Assembly: GCA_036781285.1 (NCBI GenBank)
Contig: DAIQBH010000006.1
Location: forward strand, 1 to 62,566
Length of the DNA stretch: 62,566 bases
Direction of reading: 5' to 3'
DNA from: Thermodesulfobacteriota bacterium
GTDB lineage: Bacteria > Desulfobacterota > Binatia > UTPRO1
Shown here: positions 17,963-27,629 of the stretch, piece by piece
How the letters are laid out: each line of letters starts with the position of its first letter
Numbering within the stretch: position 1 is the first letter of the stretch
Translations under genes and position numbers: made by a program
Notes under the pieces: generated by a model
What the model was told of the DNA's origin: nothing
What the model saw: only the letters and a program-made list of their open reading frames with translations
Database searches by the model: none

Positions 17963-20356
17963 ATGCGACGCCGATTAGGAGTGATTGCGGGGCTTGCCAC
18001 TGCCGCGCTGATGTTGGCGGTTTCGGTCGAGGCACCAGCCGCCGCCGACCGGAAGCTCGAGTGCCAGCGGTCGATAGGGACCGCCGCCAAGCGATTCGTC
18101 CGGCAGGGGCTGAAGCTCGAAGAGGATTGCCGCCTCGCCGAGCTCGCGCTCGACGGGACATGCTCGGCGCCAGATCCGGGTCGCGTGGCGAAACTCAGAG
18201 GCAAGCTGAACGCCGCGCTCGCCAAGCGTTGCGCCGCGGTCGATCTCGCTGCGCTGGGCTTCCCGGGGCCGTGCCCGGACGACACGGGAGGCGATTTCGA
18301 CGTCTTCGACCTTCAGGAGTGCATTCGCCTGACGCACGAGGCGGTGATCGCGAGCCTCGCCGACGTGGAGGTCGACCCGGATCTCGTTTCCGGATCCGTC
18401 GACGTCGATACCGTCGCCTGTCAGAAGCGGATCGCGAACAGCGGTGTCCGATTCGTCGATACCGTCCTGAAGAGCGTTCAGCGCTGCCGGCACGCGATTC
18501 TCGCCGGGAAGGTGACCGGCATCGATCCGGCCACGTGCGCGACGGCCGATGCCAAGACGAGGGAGTCGATCGCCGACGCCCGCGCGACCGCGGTGCGGAG
18601 GATCCTCGGACGATGCAACGACGCGCGGGTCCTCGACCTCCAGGTATGCGAGCCGGACCCTCCGGGGAACGCAGCCGCAGCCGCGGAGTGCGTGCTCGAC
18701 GCGAAACGCGCGGCGGTCGACTCGACGAGCCCGCCGGGCCTCATCCAGTACGAGTACCAGCCGTGGCCCACCCCGACGCCGACCGCGAGCTCCGCGCACT
18801 GCGGCGACGGCGTCGTCAATCGCATCGTCGAGGAATGCGACGGTGCGGACGACGCCGCGTGTCCCGGACGATGCGGCGCCGCGAACGGCTTCTTCGAATG
18901 CCTGTGCTCCGACAAGAAGCGGGTCCGCGTCGTCGAGCACAACGGGAGCGACCTCGACATCGGCTGGATGGGGCTCAGCCACGAGAGCGACATCGTCGAG
19001 GGCGGCGGGTACGTCACGGACCTCTGGGACTGCGACGGACCGGCGGGTCCCGATACCGTGTGCATCGTGGGGCCGAGCTGCAGCCTTCCGCCGCACTCCC
19101 CGTGCGGGTCGACCAAGAACGGTGTCGCCGCGAAGGTCGGACCCCCCTACGAGGACGGCGACGCGATCTGCAACGCGCTCGGGCAGGGAACCTGTCGGAA
19201 AACGCGCGGCGGAGCGACCGGTCCGCACTGCGAGATCGACTTCAAGAAGGAATGCGACGACGACACGCAATGCACGACGCCGGGCGATCGCTGCGTCCGG
19301 CCGTTCCACGGACCGCCGCTCCCGCTCACCGCTGGCGGCATCCAGGTCTGCATCCACAATCTGATGGCGGAGGACATCGTCGGCACCGAGGATCTCGCAA
19401 CCGGCGCGGGGGCGCTGCGCATCCGTCAGATCGCGAGGACGTTCGCCGGCGGCACCGCGGCATCGCCGTGCCCGGTCTGCGGCGGCTTCTGCGCATCGTC
19501 GACGGCGACGACCGTCGACCCCGGCGGCCGTCTGCCGTGCGCGGGCGACGCCGATTGCCGCACGCCGCCGTATGTATGCGTGCTCGAGCCCGTGTGCAGC
19601 TTCGGGCAGAACAAGGACAAGCCGTGCCGGCCGAATCCGCCGTTCGGCGGGCCGACGAAGATCTTCGGCAATCCGAGCCTCGATTGCCCGATGTCACCCG
19701 CGGCGACGCACTACGGGAGTCCGGACGTCCTCTTCAACCCGGCGACCACGGGGTCCCTGTCGCTCCCATCGAGCGTCGCGTGCACCAGCCCGGGTTTCTC
19801 CGGCAAGGTGTGCGTACGGGGCGCGAGCGACGGACGGCCGTGCGCCGCGGAGTCCGAGTGTCCGGACGGCGAGTGCCGGCATCAGTGCACGTGTCCGAAT
19901 CAGGTGGCGCCGAACGCGTGCATGGCGGCGTGTGTCGGCGGCGCGAACGACGCTTCCCCATGCGACGCCGACGACGAATGCCCCGGCGGCTTCTGTCACG
20001 CTGGAGATTGCCGGTTGGATCCCACGGATACCTCCTCGACCGAGGAGGGCCGGTGCACGGTCGGTCCGATCGACCGGCGTTGCTCCGTGACGACGTATCG
20101 ATCCTGCGTTTCCGATGCGGAGTGCCAGCCCTCCCCGACATGCCCGGGCTGCCGGGCCGGCGAGCAATGCATGAACTCGGCGCGGCCCTGCTTCCTGAAC
20201 CCGATCGTGCGGACCGGCGTCCCCGGCACGCCGGACCGCATCGGGGTCGCCACGTTCTGTGTGCCGCGCGCCGGCCCGCCCGTCGACGGAGTCGCCGGCT
20301 TGCCCGGTCCCGGCGCGCTCACGCAGCCGGCGACCAGTCTCTACACCGGCTTCTGA
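17963..20356 (+). CDS. Large secreted Cys-rich protein, paralog of 9031..11367
   Basis: AGGAGG RBS before ATG 17963; signal peptide; CGDGVVNRIVEECDG repeat; same domain order as the 9031 gene. Confidence 0.87.
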   Translation: MRRRLGVIAGLATAALMLAVSVEAPAAADRKLECQRSIGTAAKRFVRQGLKLEEDCRLAELALDGTCSAPDPGRVAKLRGKLNAALAKRCAAVDLAALGFPGPCPDDTGGDFDVFDLQECIRLTHEAVIASLADVEVDPDLVSGSVDVDTVACQKRIANSGVRFVDTVLKSVQRCRHAILAGKVTGIDPATCATADAKTRESIADARATAVRRILGRCNDARVLDLQVCEPDPPGNAAAAAECVLDAKRAAVDSTSPPGLIQYEYQPWPTPTPTASSAHCGDGVVNRIVEECDGADDAACPGRCGAANGFFECLCSDKKRVRVVEHNGSDLDIGWMGLSHESDIVEGGGYVTDLWDCDGPAGPDTVCIVGPSCSLPPHSPCGSTKNGVAAKVGPPYEDGDAICNALGQGTCRKTRGGATGPHCEIDFKKECDDDTQCTTPGDRCVRPFHGPPLPLTAGGIQVCIHNLMAEDIVGTEDLATGAGALRIRQIARTFAGGTAASPCPVCGGFCASSTATTVDPGGRLPCAGDADCRTPPYVCVLEPVCSFGQNKDKPCRPNPPFGGPTKIFGNPSLDCPMSPAATHYGSPDVLFNPATTGSLSLPSSVACTSPGFSGKVCVRGASDGRPCAAESECPDGECRHQCTCPNQVAPNACMAACVGGANDASPCDADDECPGGFCHAGDCRLDPTDTSSTEEGRCTVGPIDRRCSVTTYRSCVSDAECQPSPTCPGCRAGEQCMNSARPCFLNPIVRTGVPGTPDRIGVATFCVPRAGPPVDGVAGLPGPGALTQPATSLYTGF

Positions 20357-20412
20357 CCCGGGCGATCACGTGGCGCGGTGCGGCCCATACGGGCCGCCCG
20401 CGCCGCGCGGCG

Positions 20413-23400
20413 TCACTGCTCGAGCACGACGGGTGCGGCCGGATCCGCCACGTACATGCAGAGGCGTCCGGTTTCGACGTGCCGCGCCAAGTGGTGTCCG
20501 AGGGCGGGGTGCACCCTCGTGATGGTCGCGATCGCCCGGGTGATCGCCTTCGTCACGCCGGAACGTGCGCGGTCGGCGGTGCCGATGAGCTCCGTGCCGC
20601 GGCGGGACAGATAGCGCGCGCACTCCCGTCGCTCGTGCAGGAGATCGGGACTCGGGCTTTCGTTCCGGCGCGCGCGCGCGGTGATCTCGGCATCGATCTC
20701 GATCAGGCGCTGGCGAACGCCGACGAGCGCGCGGTGGTCGGCGGCGGGGCCGCCGGCGGTCGAGACGAGCGCCGCGTCTCGCCCAAGGCTCGCGAGCTCG
20801 ATCGCCGGGACGGGAACGCCCGGCCGTTCCAAGAGACAGCGCAGATACGCCATCCCGGCGCGCGCGGGGACCGTTGCCCGGAGACCGCGGAACTCGACCT
20901 CCCAAGCGTCCTCGTCGCGATGAAAAAAGCGCGTACGTTCGGGCTCGAGACGAGGAGCCGAAAGCGGGTGGTCGTCGGGCGCCTCGCTGCCGCGGAGGAG
21001 GCGCTGCGCGTCGACGCTGATGGCGAGCGTCCTCCCGGACTCGACCAGGGCGCGACCGCGCTGGACGTCGTCGGGGTCCGCGGAGGTCAGGAGATGGCGG
21101 CCGTAGGCGAGAAGCGTGCGCGCGAGCCAATGCCGCGTCCCGCTCCGTTCCGCGAGGACCAGGGCATCCTCGAAATGGCGACGTGCCGCTGCCTCGTCGC
21201 CGAGCAGGGCGGCGAGGCCCGCGAGGTGGTGCGCGACGGGTCCGAGGAGCATGCACGGTGGGAGGAGCACGTTGTATGCCGCGAACGGCGCGAGCAGGTC
21301 GTAGAGCGTCCGCGCGGCTTCGCTATCCTCTAGGAGGACGGCCGCACCGGCGAGGTACGCCATGTTCATCGGCCACGTGCCGTCGCGGCGGACGCGCGCG
21401 CAGCCGTTCTCCATCAACGTCGCGAAGCGTCCGCGGGCGCGTTCCGGATGCCCGAGGAACGTGTCCATCCAGACCGTGAAGCATTCGACCGTCGGCGCGA
21501 GGTTCGGGAAGTTCGTGAGCACGAAGTGGCTCCAATCGGTCAGGTCCTCGGTCGTCCCACGGAGGAACCGCACGTGCTCGCGTTGCCCGCGCACGATCAG
21601 CAACATGCTGACCGCCTCGGTCGGCGCCGCCTTCGCGAGCGCGTCGTCGATCAGGCGCTCGGCCTCGTCGAGGCGGCTCATGGTGATGCTGAGGCAGATG
21701 CGGGCGGCGGCCGTCACCCAGTCGAAGTGGGGCAAGCGGATCGCACGCGCGAGTTGCTGGCAGACGCCGAGCTGTTGGCACGCTGCTTCGACGTTGCCGC
21801 GCTCGAGCGCGCTCCAGAGCCGCAGCAGTTGCCCGTTCATCCCGAGCAACCGGTCGCCCGTACGGGCAGCGAGCGCCACGATCTCGTCGGCCAACGCCGG
21901 CCGCCACTCGATGTCGCCCGGCGTCCAGAGTGCCGAGTGCATCGTCCGAAGCACGGCGGCGAGGACGCCGGGGTCGCCCGTGGCGCGCGCCAGGTCGATC
22001 GCCGCGCGCGCGAGGCCGGGCGTGCTCGGGCCCTGGCCGTGCGCGCGCTCCTCGGCGAGGCGCGCCATGAGTTGCGCGCGCAGCGCGCGCGACGATTCCG
22101 GCAAGCGTTCGAGCGCCCGTTCGAGCTCGGCTGCCACTTGAGAGGTCGAGCCCATGGCACCGAACCGCGGCAGGCGGCCGGCGAAGGCGAGTGCCGCGGC
22201 CGCGACCCGGTCCGGATCTCCGGATGTCTCCGCCAGCATCAGCGCGCGCCGGCCCGCGGCGCGCGCGCCCTTGGTATCCCCTGCGCAGCGCCGAGCGTCC
22301 GCGAGCTTTGCCAGGAGATCGTGCGTCGTCTGCGTCGTCAGCCGATGCTTCTCGAGCAGCAGGAGGGCGGCGTCGAAATGGCGGGCCGCGTCGTCGTGGG
22401 CCATCAGCAAGGCCGCGTGATCGCCCGCCGCCACGACCCAGTGCAGCGCGCGCTCGTGATCCGCGGGCGTCGCGGCACCCTCGCGGCAGTGATGGGCGAT
22501 CGCCGCGAGTGGCGCTTCCACGTCGTCTGCGCTCCACGTCTCGCCGGCTCGCGCCTCCAGCACGTCCGCGATCCGCCGGTGTAGGGCGCGGCGCTCGACC
22601 GGCGCGAGCGCGTCGTACGTCACGTCTCGCACCAATACGTGGGTGAAGCGGTAGCGCGACGGCTCCTCGTCGCTCGCCGCGACCTGGTGATCGTTCACCG
22701 CCTCGGAGAGACGCTCGCGGATCGTCCGGCCGTCCGTGCGCATCACGGCGCCGAGGACGTCCGTGGAGAACTCGTGCCCGAGTACCGCCGCGACGCCGAG
22801 CACGGCGCGGCATCCTTCGGAGAGCCGCGTCAGCCGGTCGGCGATGGCGTGGCGGCGCGTCGCGGGAATGGCGAGACGAAGCTCGCCGCTCGATCCCGAC
22901 TCCGACAGTCGTCCGTCGGTCGCGAGGAGACGCGTGACTTCGGCGACGAACAGCGGATGACCATCCGTCTTGCCGAAGATGGCGTCGACCACGCGCGACG
23001 ACGGCCGGAGCCCCGTCGCCTCCTCGACGTAGCGCCGCACGGTCGCGGCATCGAAGCGGCCGAGGCGGAGCACCGTGGCAAGCGGCAAGCTCGCGACGCG
23101 CGTCAGGTCGTCGCCGACCGCGGCGGGCGCTGTATCGTCGCGGTATGCGGCCGCGATGAGGATGGGGACGTCCGCGCACTCGGAGGCGACGAAGCGGAAG
23201 AGATGCGCGGAATCGCCGTCGGCGCGATGCAGGTCGTCGAGCACGAGGACGAGCGGCCGCCGCGCCGCGACACGCCGGAGGAACTGCGTGACGCCGTCCA
23301 CGATCTGGAAGCGGGTCAACATCGCCGGCTCCGGCTCGCTCGCCGCGGACGCCGGCCGGAGCGTCGGCGCGATCCACGCGAGCGCCGCCGTGCTGTCGCC

Positions 23401-24078
23401 CAGATCCCCGGCCAACGCCTCCGGCTCGGCGGCCTTTCGGTACGCGCGCAGGATCTGCGTCCAGGGCCAGTACGCCGGCGCGCCGCCGGCCTCGTGACAC
23501 TGGCCGCGAAGGATCGAGCAGCCGCGTGCCCGACCGAGGTTCGCGAGCTCCAACGTGAGACTCGTCTTGCCGATCCCTTCGTCGCCCGTGATGAGGACGA
23601 CCCGGCCCTCGCCGGCGACCACCCGTGCGAGCTCGTCGTCGAGCACGCGGAGCTCGGGCTCTCGGCCGACGAACGTCGGGCGCACTACGCGGTGCGCCGT
23701 CACGCGTTCGCGTCCCGTCGCGATCGCCTCGCGCACCTTCTCGACGATGCGGGATCCGTAGTCGCCTTGCTTCACCACGAAGTCGAAGGCGTCCGCCTTG
23801 ATCGCCTTGACGATCAGATCGGCGGCGTTGGAGCTCGACATCATGATCACGGGGCTCGTGATCTGCAGCGCGCGGATGCCGTGCAGGATCTGGAACCCGT
23901 CGTCGAGCGGCTGATCGTGATCGAGCACGATGCAGGCCGCGACGTTGGTCCGCAGGTACTCGAGCCCTTCGGCGCCGTTGACGACACGGTGGACGGCGAA
24001 GCCTGCGGCGGCCAGCGCCCGTTCGATGTGTTCAGCGGCGAGGCGCTCGTGCTCGACCAGCACGACGGGATCGGTCAC
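20413..24078 (-). CDS. Receiver domain plus STAND-type AAA ATPase plus helical repeats plus C-terminal putative DNA-binding domain
   Basis: N-terminal REC (VLDHDQP, SS, VKQ); Walker A GDEGIGKT; Walker B LVLDDLH; GHPLFV. GTG start follows a GAGGAG RBS. Confidence 0.85.
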   Translation of the reverse strand: MTDPVVLVEHERLAAEHIERALAAAGFAVHRVVNGAEGLEYLRTNVAACIVLDHDQPLDDGFQILHGIRALQITSPVIMMSSSNAADLIVKAIKADAFDFVVKQGDYGSRIVEKVREAIATGRERVTAHRVVRPTFVGREPELRVLDDELARVVAGEGRVVLITGDEGIGKTSLTLELANLGRARGCSILRGQCHEAGGAPAYWPWTQILRAYRKAAEPEALAGDLGDSTAALAWIAPTLRPASAASEPEPAMLTRFQIVDGVTQFLRRVAARRPLVLVLDDLHRADGDSAHLFRFVASECADVPILIAAAYRDDTAPAAVGDDLTRVASLPLATVLRLGRFDAATVRRYVEEATGLRPSSRVVDAIFGKTDGHPLFVAEVTRLLATDGRLSESGSSGELRLAIPATRRHAIADRLTRLSEGCRAVLGVAAVLGHEFSTDVLGAVMRTDGRTIRERLSEAVNDHQVAASDEEPSRYRFTHVLVRDVTYDALAPVERRALHRRIADVLEARAGETWSADDVEAPLAAIAHHCREGAATPADHERALHWVVAAGDHAALLMAHDDAARHFDAALLLLEKHRLTTQTTHDLLAKLADARRCAGDTKGARAAGRRALMLAETSGDPDRVAAAALAFAGRLPRFGAMGSTSQVAAELERALERLPESSRALRAQLMARLAEERAHGQGPSTPGLARAAIDLARATGDPGVLAAVLRTMHSALWTPGDIEWRPALADEIVALAARTGDRLLGMNGQLLRLWSALERGNVEAACQQLGVCQQLARAIRLPHFDWVTAAARICLSITMSRLDEAERLIDDALAKAAPTEAVSMLLIVRGQREHVRFLRGTTEDLTDWSHFVLTNFPNLAPTVECFTVWMDTFLGHPERARGRFATLMENGCARVRRDGTWPMNMAYLAGAAVLLEDSEAARTLYDLLAPFAAYNVLLPPCMLLGPVAHHLAGLAALLGDEAAARRHFEDALVLAERSGTRHWLARTLLAYGRHLLTSADPDDVQRGRALVESGRTLAISVDAQRLLRGSEAPDDHPLSAPRLEPERTRFFHRDEDAWEVEFRGLRATVPARAGMAYLRCLLERPGVPVPAIELASLGRDAALVSTAGGPAADHRALVGVRQRLIEIDAEITARARRNESPSPDLLHERRECARYLSRRGTELIGTADRARSGVTKAITRAIATITRVHPALGHHLARHVETGRLCMYVADPAAPVVLEQ

Positions 24079-24368
24079 GGCCGCTCCTCGCTCGCGCCGC
24101 GGCCGACGCGCATCCGGTGCGCCAGCCTGGAGGCTCTCGAGTGAGATCGGGTGAGCTGCGGAGCCCCAGGCGCAATGACACGGCACATCATTACGCTCTC
24201 CCCGTGACGCTCGCCGGCCCTCCTCTAGGGTCGGACGACGCGTGCACTGGCGGACGCGTACAGCCGGCGAGTTTCGGGAGTCAAGAGAAATGTGGCCGCG
24301 GCGCGGATCCACGCTCGGATGGGGAACGCGGGCGAGGTGGGTGAAGGGATCGTCGGGCCGCGAGTAGC

Positions 24369-24395
24369 GTCGCGCTACCCGAAAGGTAGCGCGAC
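24369..24395. other. 11-bp perfect hairpin in the 5' region of the CSLREA genes
   Basis: GTCGCGCTACC-CGAAA-GGTAGCGCGAC. Confidence 0.6.
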
Positions 24396-24441
24396 ACCGG
24401 TGTGAGATCGACGCCGGTCTTCGCCGGCCGAAAGGACGAAC

Positions 24442-25917
24442 ATGTTGCCGCCCAGAGAAACCTTCACGCTACCCGCCGTCGGCGACGCGCCGGTGCGGCT
24501 GTTCCAGAATCACCCCAGGCGACTGCGTATCATCGTAGGGGCCGTCGCGTTCGTGCTGCTGGCGGCCGCGCCGCTTTCCGCCGCGACGTTCAGGGTGAAC
24601 AGCACCGCGGATTCGTTCGACGGCGCGTGCGGCCCCGCCTCGGGCGAGTGCACGCTCCGCGAAGCGATCGTCGCCGCGGTCGAGACCGCCGGGCGCGACA
24701 CGATCCGGTTCGCCGCCGACGTGTTCGTGGCGGGCTCGGAATCGGTCCGTATCGATCTTGCCAGCGAGCTCCCGATCGTGGCCGACCCCGCCGGCACGGT
24801 GATCGACGGCGCCGGGGCGAGTGTCCGCATCTACGGCGGCGACACGATCCCGCACGGGCTGGTCTTCACGAGCGCGCCGGACGTGGCGCTCGGCAAAGTG
24901 ACGGTCGCGAACCTCGCGGTCGAGGGCTTCGGTGGTCATGGCATCCACGTCTGCGGCGGTGCGCCGCCGGAATGCGGCGCCGACGTCACGGGCGCCCTGC
25001 TCCGGAACGTCGTCGTCGTGAACTGCGACGGCACCGGCATCCGCGTCGAGGGCCGCGTCAACAAGAAGCCGCGCGTCGTCGACTCGGTGACGTTCGGCAC
25101 GGGCAACGACGGCATCCGGCTCTCCGGATCGCGGTCGATGATCGGCGCACGCGTCGAGGGCAGCACGGCGACACGGTGCGGGGGGAGCGCCATCGCGCTC
25201 CGCGCCGAGCAGCAGACGGGGTCGGCCGTCGTCGACTCGTTTGGCCTGAGATGCGTCGAGGACGGCGTGCTCGTGAGCGACGACGGCGCGACCATCAAGC
25301 CGACGATCGCGAACGTCGTGGCGCTCGGGAACCGCAACGGCATCGCGATGTCGAACGCCAAGCTGGTCGCGCCGACCATCACGAGCGCGGTCGCGACGGA
25401 CAACGAGGTCGGCGTGAAGCTGCTGGTCGGCGAGTCGACGGCGGCCGCGATCACGAAGGTCGTCGCCGACGCGAACATCATCCACGGCATCAACGTCGAG
25501 GGCGGGAGCGGCGTCACGATCTCCCGCTCGCGCGTCGTCGCCAACGGTTACTCCGGCGTCGCCACCGAGACGTCCGTCGATCTCGACGTCGTCGACGTCA
25601 TCGCGATGGGGAACCTCACCGGGGTCTCGCTCGGCTCGTCGAGCGGCGTCGTGACTCGGGTGAACGCGGCCAACAACCGCGGCCACGGGATCGGCGTCGA
25701 GATGCCGGGCGGCAACACGGTCATCGGTAATCTGACGCTCGCCAACGGCATCTACTCGGCCGGCGTCGGCATCGTCCAGGGCAGCGGCGGCAACGTCGTG
25801 CGGGAGAACGTCGCGCTCGGGCACACCTTCGACTTGTACGAGGACAACGTCGATTGCGGCACGAACCTCTGGACCGCCAACGTCTTCACGGAAGGAACCC
25901 TGCCATGCATTCGCTGA
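24442..25917 (+). CDS. Secreted CSLREA-domain / right-handed beta-helix protein
   Basis: FRVNSTADSFDGACGPASGECTLREAIVAA, followed by G(I/V)xV...N beta-helix repeats. Confidence 0.87.
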   Translation: MLPPRETFTLPAVGDAPVRLFQNHPRRLRIIVGAVAFVLLAAAPLSAATFRVNSTADSFDGACGPASGECTLREAIVAAVETAGRDTIRFAADVFVAGSESVRIDLASELPIVADPAGTVIDGAGASVRIYGGDTIPHGLVFTSAPDVALGKVTVANLAVEGFGGHGIHVCGGAPPECGADVTGALLRNVVVVNCDGTGIRVEGRVNKKPRVVDSVTFGTGNDGIRLSGSRSMIGARVEGSTATRCGGSAIALRAEQQTGSAVVDSFGLRCVEDGVLVSDDGATIKPTIANVVALGNRNGIAMSNAKLVAPTITSAVATDNEVGVKLLVGESTAAAITKVVADANIIHGINVEGGSGVTISRSRVVANGYSGVATETSVDLDVVDVIAMGNLTGVSLGSSSGVVTRVNAANNRGHGIGVEMPGGNTVIGNLTLANGIYSAGVGIVQGSGGNVVRENVALGHTFDLYEDNVDCGTNLWTANVFTEGTLPCIR

Positions 25918-27347
25918 TCTCGAGAAACGGCCTGCTCGCCGTCGCCGTCGCGCTCACGGCGGCGGTGTGGGCACCGACCGCTACTGCCAAGACCTTCGTC
26001 GTCGACGACCCGACCGACCCCGAGGTCGGGGACTGCAACGTCGCCGGCTCCTGCACCCTGCGGCAGGCGATTCTCGAAGCCGTCGCGTTTCCGGGACGCG
26101 ACGTGATCACCTTCGATCCGGCGGTTTTCCCGCCGGGTGCGCCCGGTACGATCCGCGTCGTATCGCCGCTCCCGATCATCGCGGACCCCGCGGGCACCGC
26201 GATCGACGGTACCGGTGCGGGTGTGCGCATCTCGTCGGATATCCCCGTCGATGACGACGCCATCGCGCCGAACGGGCTGGTCTTCGCGAGCGTGCCGGGT
26301 GTGCCGCTCCGCGACGCGGCGGTGACGAACGTGACCGTGGCGGGGTTCGAAAGCTCGGGCGTCGTGATCTGCGGCGGCGCGTATCCCGAGTGCAACGAGG
26401 ACGTCGTGGCTCCGGTCGTTCGACGGGTCACGGCCCGCTTCAACTCGGGAATCGGGATTCTCGTCCTGGGCCAGAACGTCACCAAGGCGCGCATCGACGA
26501 GTCCGTCGCCGCCGACAACGACACCGGAGTGCTCCTCAACGCGCTCGGCACGATCGCCGGCACTCGCATCACGCGCTCGGCCATGAAGGAGAACGAGTTC
26601 GCGGGCATCTGGATCGGTCCGCTCACCGGAACCATCGCCGACCTCGCGATCACGGACACGTCGGCGTCCCATGGCGCCGCGGCGATCATCGTCTCGGCCG
26701 TCGAGGACGCGGCGAAGGTCAGCCTCGCGAACGTCGCCGTCAGCGAGTCGGAGGGCATCGGAATTCTCCTGAACGCGATCACGATGTCGGCGCTCAGCGT
26801 CACGAACGTCGTCGCGTCACGCAACGCGAACCACGGCCTGTACGTCGGCGCCGACGCGTTGAGCGGCCTCGTGCTGAAGGACGTCGTCACCAACGGCAAT
26901 CAGCACGGAGTCTGGGTCCAGAGCGGCGGGGTCGTCGGCGCGAAGATCTCGCAGGTGACCGCCGCCGGCAACGACGCGAACGGCGTCCTGCTCTCGAACC
27001 TGAAGGGCGGGAAGCTCAGCCGCGTCGCGGCCGTCGGCAACGGCGCGCACGGCCTCGTGCTGACGGGCTCCGGCAACGTGCTGAAGCAGGTGCGGGCCGC
27101 GGAGAACATCGGCGACGGGATCCATCTCGGGAGCCCTGGAGGTGCGAATACCGTTACGGACGTCTCCGGCACGGCGAACCAGGGGGCCGGAATCTACGTC
27201 GCGGCCGACAGCGTCGGGAACACGATCAAGAAGAACGTGGCGCTCGGGAGTGATGCGATCGACCTGTTCGATGCGAATGTTTCGTGTGGGGCGAATGTTT
27301 GGAAGGGGAACGTATTCGAGCGGCGCAACGATTCGTGTATCCGGTAG
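25905..27347 (+). CDS. Secreted CSLREA-domain / beta-helix protein (tandem paralog)
   Basis: Signal peptide; SCTLRQAILEA; PIIADPAGTAIDG is shared with the upstream gene; 13-nt overlap. Confidence 0.87.
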   Translation: MHSLISRNGLLAVAVALTAAVWAPTATAKTFVVDDPTDPEVGDCNVAGSCTLRQAILEAVAFPGRDVITFDPAVFPPGAPGTIRVVSPLPIIADPAGTAIDGTGAGVRISSDIPVDDDAIAPNGLVFASVPGVPLRDAAVTNVTVAGFESSGVVICGGAYPECNEDVVAPVVRRVTARFNSGIGILVLGQNVTKARIDESVAADNDTGVLLNALGTIAGTRITRSAMKENEFAGIWIGPLTGTIADLAITDTSASHGAAAIIVSAVEDAAKVSLANVAVSESEGIGILLNAITMSALSVTNVVASRNANHGLYVGADALSGLVLKDVVTNGNQHGVWVQSGGVVGAKISQVTAAGNDANGVLLSNLKGGKLSRVAAVGNGAHGLVLTGSGNVLKQVRAAENIGDGIHLGSPGGANTVTDVSGTANQGAGIYVAADSVGNTIKKNVALGSDAIDLFDANVSCGANVWKGNVFERRNDSCIR

Positions 27348-27612
27348 GGGCGGGTCACTTCGAGACCACCAGGAGTGCTGGCGCGCGGAGTATGGGGACG
27401 GCTCCCGTCGCCTGCGGCGGACTCGCGTATGGTCGGCGCGGCGCGTGCACCCGGGGTCATGATTCGTCGCCCGGTGACGGGCGTATGAGGCTCGTATGGC
27501 GATCGGTGTCTTGCGGTCGGACTTTCGTTTTTACGCTCCTCGCCGAGACCGGCTCCGTCCGCCGTCCCCATACTCCGCGCGCCTGTGACGTCGCGTTCGA
27601 AGTGACCTGCCC
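27348..27612. mobile_element. ~265-bp element bounded by nested inverted repeats (MITE/REPIN-like)
   Basis: GGGCGGGTCACTTCGA (27348-27363) vs TCGAAGTGACCTGCCC (27597-27612), 15/16. Perfect 23-bp inverted repeat at 27380-27402 / 27561-27583. Confidence 0.55.
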
Positions 27613-27629
27613 GCGAACGTCGCGGTCGA

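Noticed and set aside
24360-24440. c-di-GMP riboswitch (GAAA-containing hairpins)
   Set aside because: It lacks the GGCAAAC and GACGCAAA-type consensus. Only a simple hairpin is supported.
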